Below are positions 1-11,074 of a DNA stretch of 64,000 nt, piece after piece. The translations under genes and the position numbers were made by a program. Under the pieces are notes generated by a model. The model was not told the origin of the DNA. It did not search any database and saw nothing but the letters and a program-made list of their open reading frames with translations. Every line of letters begins with the position of its first letter. Position 1 is the first letter of the stretch. The stretch comes from Syncephalis fuscata S228 (lineage: Eukaryota; Fungi; Zoopagomycota), in the NCBI GenBank assembly GCA_025786725.1, contig JAHLTZ010000028.1:248001-312000 (forward strand), given 5' to 3'.

Positions 1-911
1 CTTTTGTTCTACGATTCACATCTTTCTCTTTCGCTCCTTCTTTCTATTCTTTTGTCAGTTGCTCTTTTGCGACTTCATCTCGTCACTGACTGTTCATATT
101 TGTTCCTGCTCTGCTTCTCAGTAGTAGGAATTATTTGATGCTGGTCCAGTCATACTGAACATATCGTGTTTCTTTTACTTCTTCATTATTGTTTTTTGTT
201 GTTGTCACTTTTGCTTTGCATATCAAACTCCATTCTATCTTTTTTGGCACACTTGCTTCTCTTGTTTCAGCATTGTTGAAGAACCGTAATTATTCGTTGT
301 TGTATAGTTCACGTGTGTGATATTCAATACTGTTTAGTTTCTAGTGGTCATTACGTTCTCCGCTTTTAGCCATTCTTTACTCGCTCTCACTCACTCACCA
401 CTCATTTATTTCTTTCAACTCCGATCCCCAGCCTTACTTACTCCTCCTTCATTCTCGCTCTCCTCACTCGCTCACTCTCCCACCTACGTTCTCTCCTCAC
501 TCTCCTTTCCTATTCCTATCTCATATTCTCGTCATATTTCACTCTATTCACTTACCAATTTCTCTGACCTCTACTTTATCCATAACCGGTGTAAGTTTAT
601 TATCGGTGTTTTTAGTCTTAGTGGCCAGCATAGGTGGGCAAACTCTTCTTTTTTCCTTACCTTTATTCACTTCTACGCCCACACTCTTTTATTCGTCATT
701 GTTTGTGCCTCTTTGCTTGCTTGTCTGCTTGCTTGTCTGCCATCACTTGTACCGACACCGTTGCCTATCATCTCTTAGTCCTAGCGACGTGTGCGCCCTT
801 TTGTTGCCGCTGTCGTTTTCACCTGTTGTTTTCACCGCTTTCCTCTTGTTGCTTCTTCATTTGAGCTTACGTTTAGGTTTGCGGCAACGATCGTTCATCT
901 GAAGACCCAAG

Positions 912-1061
912 GTGTGTTGTTCACTTTACGATACATACATAAGTCGTGTGCAAAGAATGCGCATGCGTACATCGTCCAACAACGCTGAACGATTCTGTGT
1001 AGTGCACAGACACGGGTGTGTGTATGCATGATATATTACTAACACATGGTTGTTTATATAG
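912..1061 (+). other. 5'-UTR intron of the PKA-locus transcript
   Basis: AAG|GTGTGT donor at 912, TACTAAC branch at ~1037-1043, TATATAG acceptor at 1061. All ATGs I see between ~140 and 1408 lie inside this intron. Confidence 0.65.
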
Positions 1062-1408
1062 GTCGTTTGAATATTTTTATTATTATTTGCTATCTAGTGT
1101 TTGCGGCAATATTGACTAGCGTATAGGCTACGTTAGCGCTACTGTCGTCAACTTATCTTTTATTTCTTTATCTTTTTGCTTTGTGGAGTATTCTAGCAGA
1201 TTGCTGGCTGGTCTATTTCGCTCCAACCGTAATCTTTCAAGTATATTCCTTGGCAGCTGTGCTGACGCTTTTATCTAATTTCATATTTCCACTGTTTATT
1301 TGAACAAGTTACATACGCTGTTGTATAGGCATTTTGTGCTTTCCTCATACTTTTGCATTTCCTGCTTGATTTCAATAGCGTTTAAGTGTTTATACGGACT
1401 TTATCATC

Positions 1409-4144
1409 ATGACGGCATCCGGATCTGTCATTACTAAGCCTCCATCCCGCCCTGTTTCCTTTATTGAGCCTATTGTCGAGGAAGAAGAGGAAGAGGAATT
1501 TATGGTCACTGCCACTTCACCAGTACAACAGCGAGCAATGCCATTATCGCCGGTAAATGCTCACATGGCCAATCACTATGCATACACAACAGGTTCAAGC
1601 CTTTCTAGGCCATCGTCCAATCTACCAATGGCTTCGCCAGTCAGTCCACAACACCAGCGTGATCATGTTTTCCGTGGATTACTACAAGAGGATACAAAAA
1701 CACGCCATGCGACTGGTGCAGCACCTATTGCCGTGAATAGTCGAAATATGAACGGTACATCTGGCGGCCAAAATGTAAACGGCCATACCGACCCCGATTC
1801 GCCAACCGACTCATCGCTAGCTGGCGGCTTACCACAGCCTCCTCACCAGCAGCCGACTCCGCCACCATCTTCTGTTGGATCAGCTATGCTTGGCTATCCA
1901 ATGGCACCGTCGATATCTGCTACTATCGCAGCTGTTGCATCTGGAATGTCTTTATCGTCGCCGGCGGCGAATTCGACCATGGCACAAACACCTTCACCAA
2001 TCACACCTGTAGCAACAACAACGGCAACAATGAATTCAGCGTTGCCACAGTCGTTCTTTCAACCCTCTAGCAGGCCCGCTAATACGGGTAACAGTACATT
2101 TGGTGTTAATAGTAACAACAATACCGGTAATAATACTAATCCAGCTAATCGTAGCATTGGATTTGGTCGTGGTGTGGGCCATACCACGTCTAGTTTTAAC
2201 GTGGCCGGTCTTCGTAGTTTCAATGGTAACTTTAATGGTGTCAACAGCTTTAGCGCTAATGGCCATGCCACTACTGGCGTTACAGCAATGGCAAAATCAG
2301 CAGCAGGTGTACCAAAACAAGCATATCATGAAACACCGCAGATTCCATTGGCGTTGTCTGCGGCTGCTTCGCAATATTTTAGTGGGAGCGGACCAGGCAA
2401 TGGTGCAACTAGCGGATTTAGCTTTTTAAATCATATTGGCGCATCAACCAATGGACACACGGCACCCGGCTCATCACAAAATAACTTCAACACTGTTCGT
2501 GCACCACAATCGTTAACAGGTATTGGCAACATTTTGCGCCAAGCAGAAGTACCACAACGACCAGTAAAAGAGAATAAGCCAAAGCAAACGCCGAAAACAA
2601 AACCAGCTGAGTTACAACCATCAGAGGAATACGTAGCACACAGCACAGCTACCTTTAAACAATAAGGTCGCAATGGACCAGTGCAAAACGAAATGACTGG
2701 TGTGCAATTAAACTCGTCTGCTTCAGCACCTCAACCTGTTAAATTGCAAAACACGCAAAACAACTCTATGAATGGTAATGACGCAGTTATGTCATCTCCA
2801 AATATTAGCAACAACAGCAACCAGCAAAATACTTTACGACCAGCATTAACATCCATCATACCACAAGGCTTTCAATCGCCTACTCATTTGACACCTGGCA
2901 GCAATACTACGTCGACAACAAGTCAAATGGATACATTTGTCACACCACAAACACCAGTATCGCCTAACTGGGCTCGACAGCCATATCGACTTACTGATTT
3001 CAATCTATTGGACACATTGGGCACAGGTACCTTTGGTCGAGTATTTCTTGCTCGTTCGCGTGACAACAACCAAATCCAGTTGTTTGATAATCAACAGTAT
3101 TTTGCCATGAAAGTATTAAAGAAAGTTGAAGTGGTCCGTCTAAAACAAGTGGAGCACATTAACTCAGAAAAGGATATTTTGTCGTGTGTACGTCATCCAT
3201 TTATTGTAAATCTGTAAGTTATAACACTTCATCTGTTTATGCATTTTATCTAATACTTAATAATGACGATAGATTTGCTACTTTTCAAGATTCAACCAAT
3301 TTGTATATGTTGATGGAGTATGTTATTGGTGGGGAGCTGTTTTCGCATCTACGACGAGCTGGCCGATTCACCAACGAAATGACAAAGTTCTATGCGGCAG
3401 AGATTGTATTGGCCATTGAATATCTGCACAGCCAAGACACTATTTATCGCGATTTGAAGCCAGAAAACTTGTTATTAGACCATAATGGCCATGTTAAAAT
3501 CACTGACTTTGGATTTGCAAAGAAGGTCGATGAAAGGTACGTAATGATTTAGTACTATCTAGCATTTAGAACACATTACTAACACGCTAAACATTCAATA
3601 GAACCTGGACACTATGTGGCACACCTGAATATCTGGCGCCTGAGATTATTCAAAGTAAAGGCCATGGCAAACCAGTTGATTGGTGGGCACTGGGCATTCT
3701 TATCTTTGAAATGCTTGCTGGTTATCCGCCATTCTTTGATGATAATCCATTTGGCATTTATGAAAAGATTCTAGCTGGTCGTATTCAATTCCCTGCTCAT
3801 TTCGATCCAGCTGCCAAGGACATTGTTAAGCGTCTGTTGACCGCTGATCGAACAAAACGTTTGGGCAATTTACGTGGCGGTGCCGAAGATATTCGCAAAC
3901 ACAAATGGTTCCGCGATGTTGATTGGGTAGCACTGTTAAATCGTGAAATTCAAGTAAGCATTAAACTAACAGTAATCGATTTACCAGTCACTAACCTTTA
4001 TATATTATTTATTAGGCACCGATTGTTCCTAATAGTCGACACCCAGGTGATACAAGCAACTTTGAAAAGTATCCAGAACCTCCCTACCAAACACCGGATC
4101 CTCATGCACCAGATCCTTTCCGACATCTCTTCCGCGACTTTTAG
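1409..4144 (+). CDS. pkaC: cAMP-dependent protein kinase catalytic subunit (PKA-C) with a long low-complexity N-terminus, interrupted by an in-frame TAA at 2663-2665
   Basis: Exons ..3213, 3273-3536, 3602-3953 and 4016-4144 give [51 protein letters not shown] and C-terminal FRDF*. The 418-aa ORF 1409-2665 is in the same frame as the kinase. The fallback start is ATG 2693. Confidence 0.93.
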
Positions 4145-5090
4145 GCCTCGTACTATCACTACTATCACTCTCTATTACTACTATATCATCAGCTATTCGA
4201 TAGCAGACAGGAGAGAGAGAGAGACGGCACGATGGAAAACTTCTTTAGTACGCACCATACTTTTGCTATATTTGTATTTGCCGTGTATGTGTGCGTGTGC
4301 TTTACACATACAACTCTACTGGTCTCTTTGATTATCCCATTTGCCTACTTTTGAAGTATTGTTATGATTAGTTTATGTCAAGGCTATGTTGTTAAGATAT
4401 TGCTTATATTGTTAAGTGCTATGTTATACGTGTTGTTTGGTAAAATTTATTGAAACAGTTTATTAAAAATTTTAAGTAAAATTGTTTCCTTTAAACTCTA
4501 TGTAATATTTTACAGTGTATAAAATGCTAATTAAATTTATGTTATTATAAAAACATCACTGTTATAATAGCAGCTTGGGTAACTTTTACTTAGTAATGGC
4601 TGATATATTTATTGTCTTTCTATTCATGTAGTGTTTTTATTTCTCAAATTTACTTATTTAAATACATAATTAAAATACTACATTTTTATTGCTAATCTTA
4701 CACATTTTCTTTGGCTATTTATTTATATCTACATTTTATTTAAAACAAAGATGTAGAACACTTTTGAATTCATAGCTTAAAGCTACACCATTGATATAAA
4801 GAAATGACATAAATAGCAGATGCCGATTTGTATTCGTTATTGACAGAATTGATACCACATTAGAGCGATAGTTATGAATGTTGCTAGCATGTTTACATTT
4901 TAGCTAATGTATGTACAATATACAATAAACGATTATGGTGTATAAAAGTATAGGCAATATATATATGCTATCAATTATAAAAAAGAAAGAAAAGTGCGGC
5001 GATGTAGATTGAATGCTAACAATGATAGACTGCTTTGATAAACCACAAAGCAAAATGATGAACTAATATGAATAAATATTTAATGTCATT

Positions 5091-6225
5091 TAGGGGCCAA
5101 ATGACTATTTTTAATAACATTCGCGCAATTGAACTACACATTTGTTCTATTGGACATGGGGCCAAGTGGTGAGTTTTATTTAATCACTACATCATCACAT
5201 TTAGTGTGATTTGGGGTCAAATGACTAGCATTTGCATACTTGAACTGCGCATTCGTTCTATTAAACATGATGATGGGTGGTGAATAACATTAAAGTTTAA
5301 ACTACTCATTATTGTAGATTTATTATCAATATGCATATACTCAGTACACGTACATATTTTATTCACCTATATCATTCCCATTCTGTTCCACACTAATATA
5401 TACCGTTCTATAATACACTAGACCCATTTTATTGTTTATATGTTCCAATATACTCTATTCATTCTCCTCATTGCATTATATGCACTATAACTTTAACATC
5501 GTTTTATATGCTTTCTTACCATATATTTATTATTTTATGTATCATTCTATACTCGCCTAGCTTTCCTCTATCCAGTGCTATTTTTATTTTTGTTCTAGCA
5601 CTATTATTAATAAATGCCGACTAATGTCGGTCATTGCTTATGCATATATGCTCAATAACTTCGACACAGCTAATCGTCGCTCAATACTGTATATTCGCCA
5701 TATTGTTTTGTTGTTTTATTGTCTAATAGCTACGTGCTATCTATTGCAGCTGTCCTTTTGGTTCTAGCTGTATTATTGATAGAGTTCAACTAATCTCGCT
5801 TGTCAATCTATATACTCAGTAACTTCAACACAGCTAATCGTCACTTTAGTCTATATATATTTATAATATTCTATTGCTTTATTATGTAAAAGCGGTGAGC
5901 TGTACAGAAACGTTGTCCGTTTGGCTCTAGATACATTAATAGTAAAGTTCAATTTATTTCGCTTATTGTGTTCATTAAACTATACTTATTTAAAGCTATA
6001 TCCAATATAATGTATTCAATATGATATAAATAATATGCAATAGTGTACGATAGAATGGGAATAATATAGGTAAATAGAGTATATATGCATACTGGATAAT
6101 GAATCTACAATGATGAGTATTTGATGACTGATGTCACTCACCACCCATCATCTTGTTCAATAGAACAAATGTACAGTTTAAGTATGTAAATGCTAGTCAT
6201 TTGACCCTTAAATCATAATAAATGC
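5091..6225. mobile_element. Dispersed repeat family A, fold-back (MITE-like) copy with ~190-200 bp inverted arms
   Basis: About 5198-5400 is the reverse complement of about 6040-6225 (GGGTCAAATGACTAGCATTT...GATGATGGGTGGTGA...). 5100-5676 also aligns in direct orientation with 46801-47371. No ORF. Confidence 0.7.
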
Positions 6226-6422
6226 TTAATAAACTGTTTAATATAAATGTAATAGATTTAACAAACATAAAACAACCAACTAAATAAATCACTGGTATCA
6301 TTTTTAACACGAATAGCGCGATGTAGTTGCATTAAACGTAATCAGCTGTAATGCATTGATATTTGCAAGAAAAAATGTGTATGTTTATTTAATAGAATAA
6401 TTACCTGAATACCAATACGATA

Positions 6423-7400
6423 CTAAATCAAATGAGTAAGTGGCGTCTTGTGGTCCTGTTCTTGATGAATCTAAATATTTACTGGATATATATCTATTGA
6501 AACAGTATGAGCAATTTGTCGTGTGAACCGATATAGCAAGTATGCCAATGGAGCAATCGCATCAATAATACTTGAAACGGTCCTCGTAAATACCAAAGTA
6601 CTAGGTACGGGCATCACGGATACCGGCCGAATCGCTAGGCGTTAGAACCAAGTAACCCCTGACTTTGCAATCGCTCATCACTAGCGTTTTGCAACCAGCC
6701 TGTACTTGGCTACCGCAATGGAGATTTCTAACGCCTATTGATCATCGTAAAAAGCATATTCACTACCCCGCACACCAGACTAGCCCGCACACCTACAACT
6801 GTGAGGGTGCAATATATGGGACAATATACCCGTAAATATACCGTACACGCATATACCACACGTCTCAGGTATGGTCAATAAATGAGGTGCGTGTGTATAT
6901 GAATCACATATATCATCATTCACTTTCAAGTACATCATGCATGTGTGAGACTAGTGGGCGCAATATATCAACATAAACACAGTATTCAGATATTGCCAGT
7001 ATCTGACATACTGTGGCTGCGATGATGCGTCTATACCAACAAGCACCACCAATGTATCCGCAAGCACTAGCAAACTTAAATGGACAATAAACAGCTATCC
7101 AGTTGACTGCGATATACAGAAACACATTCTGTTGCATGTCAAAATACATGCTAGTTATTATATAGTATTATTATACTATATATCTGGCAGAGCGCTATCC
7201 ATCGCAAGTCAAAAGGCATCGCTGCCTTGCGCCACCCACACCAATTACTTAGCTTAAGTATGTAAAATAGTAAGCGACAATCTTGGAATGAGGAGACAGC
7301 GAATGAGTAAAGGGTAGTAAGAAGAAATAATATTATGAGCAAGGAGTGTGGTATCGAGCGAGGAAAGATAGAAAGAGAAGAAGAAAGAAATGCTGGCTAG
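6423..7400 (-). ncRNA. Candidate long structured non-coding RNA of unknown class
   Basis: Minus-strand TATATAAA at 7434-7427, CT-rich leader, a terminal helix 7252-7230/6445-6423 with G-U pairs only on the minus strand, a perfect 12-bp stem 6636-6647/6726-6737, a hairpin at 6978-7015, and no credible ORF. Confidence 0.4.
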
Positions 7401-7859
7401 TCTGAGGGAGGCGGGGGCAAGGCTTGTTTATATAGCAGTAAAACGACGGAAGGATGCGGACATTTGTTCATACCATCGGCGGATTCTTGGCAAATTACCA
7501 TAAATGGCTGGTTTACTCCGAACATGTCCGAGACATATAGTCGTCATCGAGTGCACGATACTGGCTGATATCAGGGTGCAAAATCGATTGGCCAATTAGA
7601 CTGCTGCTTTGATATGCCCTTATACCCCATTTAGTTAGCTGCGCCGATTCATTCCGGAGTTTCGGGACCATTTTACACCTGTTTCTATGCATCTAATTTA
7701 AGCTTTTTTGTTAACATAATAACGTGCACATATAACTTGTTCATGTTTTATAGCCAACTGTGCAAATAGTATTACAATATTATAAGTAATAACTATATTT
7801 ATTGTTTAATAACAAATGTATAATGGAGAACAATTAAGACCTAGACCAACACAAAACAA

Positions 7860-9034
7860 GTCATTAATGAAAAAAGTATGCAATTTTACTATTATACTCG
7901 TAGCCGAGTAATATGGAAGGGTGATAAGTATTGGAACAACATAGGTTTTAAACATAAACAAAGTCGATATTATACGAAAAAGTTCCAAAGCTTTGGATGG
8001 TTAATGCTGTTAATCAAAATGGGGTATAAAAGTTACCAAAAACAGCAGTTTAATTGGCTAGTTGATGCTGCGCCCTGATATTAACCGACACTGCACACTT
8101 AATAATGCACAGTGAGTATCGGATATATCTGGAGCAAGTTAATCATTCATGGCAATTTCCGATAATCTGCCACTAGTATGCGCAAACATTAGTATTCATC
8201 CATCAGTTTTACTGTCATGTAAACTAGCTTTGCCGCTGCCACCCCAAAACCAACCATCATAGTTTGTTTCTTCTCTTTCTATTATTTACTGTTCAATATG
8301 CTTTGCACTCCTCAGTCGCTTTATAATTACAAGGCCATTATTGTTTATTGCTTTACATAACTAAGATAAATAAACTGCCGTATGTTTAATGACTATAATG
8401 TTTTCTATGTGCTTGTTCATGGCAATTGTATTAATAGGCATTTGGTGTGTATATAACATAAAATATGTACGTTAGATATTACCTGTATCTAAAGCACTGT
8501 AAAGGCAATGGTGTGTTGTTAATATAACTTGTTCTAACAGGATCCTGCATAAAAGTGCATATAATTTATACAATATAGCATATACAAACTACCTCCATAA
8601 ACATGCGAGGAAGAATAGTTAGGTACGGTTGTTGTGGCAATTATGAGCTAGATTGTATTGCCATCTGACCTCTTTCGTTATTATGTTAGTTTCATCGAGC
8701 AACAGTTCTTCTGGTCGGTACTATTACAAATCGTGACTATTTGAAATAGTTATTTTGAATACTTTATCGATGTAACTGCGTGGCATGCAGAATTACAGTT
8801 GATGGCACTCAATACAAATACCGCCATACTAGTCATGTTAACAATAACACCAGTATTTATCTAGTTAGTTGTCTTATGTATTTCTACTATTGCTTTGAGC
8901 AATTTATTAACAACTTAATATTATTTTGGTGTCAAACGAATGAACTCGATAATATTCGTGTAATTAAACAACATACTCGTTCTAGTGAATATGGAAATGG
9001 ACGGCGATTTTTATTAAATGGTCAAACTATTTAA
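7860..9034 (+). pseudogene. Possible decayed gene remnant (perhaps the F-box-like family)
   Basis: Short interrupted coding-like frames such as KYWNNIGF..FGWLMLL and ACSWQLY. Weak evidence. Confidence 0.2.
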
Positions 9035-9289
9035 TCACACTATCGTTTGGGTGTAAAATGACTATATTGAATAACATTTATGTTATTGAACTAGCTATTT
9101 ATTCTATTGAACATGGAACTGAGTGGCAAGTGACATCAATGAGTAAATTATGATATCGTGAATACTTTACCATAACAACAGTAACATGGATTAACATTGC
9201 TATTAATCTCATTTATTTAGTAAATATATTATTATAATGAACCATAATATTTATCAATACAATATTACTCATCATTTATTATGACTATA

Positions 9290-9920
9290 TATGTTGGTAC
9301 ATGTACTGGCATACAGCATACAATCTATATGTTTTCAAAGCTGTTTTATTCGTTAATTTGCCATAGATTGTCATTGCAGATCGTGCTAACAGCAGCTTGT
9401 ACAGTCTCTTGGTAGTAATAGATTACATTGACAATAGCATGTACATTCTTAACAGTGACAAAGAACTTACAATTGCGATCTATAGTAAAAACAAATCATA
9501 CGGTGGGATCTTTGCAGCATGTACTCAAAATGCCATAAAAACAAGCCAGGAATGCACTTACCGTTTCAAAGAAACTGCCAATACTAATGATTGAAGTTAA
9601 TAAAGGTGATTAGCAAAAAAGGTCAGATTAAAGAAAAGCAACGCAAAAACACAGTGAAGGTGTTTGTATTTAAGTAGTAATCAGTCAACTACTGAAACTA
9701 TTTAAGTAGCATATATGGAATGTACAAGTATATGTAGTGGATATATGTTGTTGTGTAAAAAAGAAAAAGGAAATATAATGACGTAGATTGAATGTTGTAT
9801 TGTTAATATGAGTGGATTTATAATAGTGTAGATCTAACAGTCATCATTAAAGTGTATTAAAAGAATAGGCATTGACACCAAACTACTCATTATCATAGAA
9901 CATGTTGTCAGTAAATAGTT
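9290..9920 (+). repeat. Dispersed repeat family B copy
   Basis: Shares GCAGATCGT..TAACAGCAG, CATAAAAACAAGCCAGGAATGCA, TAGTAATCAGTCAACTACTGA and TACTCATTATCATAGAA with the minus strand of 54690-55380. Confidence 0.7.
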
Positions 9921-10113
9921 GGTATATTAAACGAATTAAATTAACATAATAAAAGTATTGGACACCAAACTATTCATTATCACAGATGCATGTTGCTAGT
10001 AGATGATTCTGATTAAATTCACTAATTTAAATAAGTTTTATTTTTGTTCACTTCTTTTCAATTGTCATTTATTTTTTTACGTTATTGCTGTGTCTCACCC
10101 GGTGCTATTTTCC

Positions 10114-10854
10114 ATGTCAACAGCGTCTGCTCCAACTGGCACTACACGCCGACTAGCACGTATCTGTGTTCTAGTATCGGGTAATGGTAGTAATCTACAG
10201 GCCATACTTGATGCCACTGCTCCTGGACAACCATTAGCCGATGTGGCACGCGTCACTCTGGTCGTAGCCAATAAATCGAGTGCTTATGGACTGACGCGGG
10301 CCCGTAATGCCGGCATTCCTACCTATGTTCATACGCTAAGCACCTATCGCAAGCATACAGAGATTGCCGAACCGCGTAAGCAATTTGACGCAGATTTAGC
10401 CGCTTTCCTTCAACGACGACCCATGGTGTTGCCGCAACAACCGGCCGATACCGCCGATGCCGAACAACAATGGCAAGGCCCGCCACCCGATCTTATTGTA
10501 CTCGCTGGTTGGATGCATATATTATCGCCAACTTTTCTTGATCACTTTGTAGGCCGCGTTATTAATCTGCATCCAGCATTACCGGGTGAATTTGACGGTA
10601 TCCATGCAATCGAACGGGCCTACGAAGCATCTCGTCCTGAACAAGCAACACCGTTAAAACGTACCGGTGTTATGGTCCATCAAGTAGTGCCAGAAGTGGA
10701 TCGTGGTGCACCCATTCTTACGGAAGAGGTGCCTATTTATGCCGAGGATACGCTAGAAGCACTTGAAACGCGTATTCATCAAGTTGAACATCGTTTATTG
10801 GTCACGGCCATTGCCAAATACTTGCCTACATTAACTCTACTTGACGATAACTAA
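10114..10854 (+). CDS. ADE8: Phosphoribosylglycinamide formyltransferase (PurN/Ade8), intronless
   Basis: VLVSGNGSNLQAI, LIVLAGWMHILS, INLHPALP, TGVMVHQV..EVDRG motifs. First ATG at 10114. Confidence 0.95.
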   Translation: MSTASAPTGTTRRLARICVLVSGNGSNLQAILDATAPGQPLADVARVTLVVANKSSAYGLTRARNAGIPTYVHTLSTYRKHTEIAEPRKQFDADLAAFLQRRPMVLPQQPADTADAEQQWQGPPPDLIVLAGWMHILSPTFLDHFVGRVINLHPALPGEFDGIHAIERAYEASRPEQATPLKRTGVMVHQVVPEVDRGAPILTEEVPIYAEDTLEALETRIHQVEHRLLVTAIAKYLPTLTLLDDN

Positions 10855-11074
10855 TTAACGGCAGTGATAATAGTAGTAGTAGTAGTAGTAGTAGTTATAG
10901 TGTATTAACCGTAAAAGGACGTAGGAAATAGTGTTTTATTTGACCATGTTAATAAACTAAATCTATATACATTAATAATAACTAAATAGATGTTAAATAT
11001 AATGATTAACCAGTTTATTAACTACACTAATGGTAGTATGCTTGAAATAAGAGAATAAACAGAAAACCACCATT

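Noticed and set aside
344-988. Hydrophobic-looking ORFs upstream of the PKA locus
   Set aside because: They start at GTG in CT-rich leader sequence, so the composition explains the hydrophobicity.
6421-6760. RNase MRP/P RNA identity for the structured region (AAUAUGCUUU and GAAAUCUCC resemble P3/CR-I)
   Set aside because: There is no downstream CR-V GGAG-type partner to form P4 on the same strand.
10868-10896. (TAG)n microsatellite after ADE8
   Set aside because: Ordinary simple repeat.
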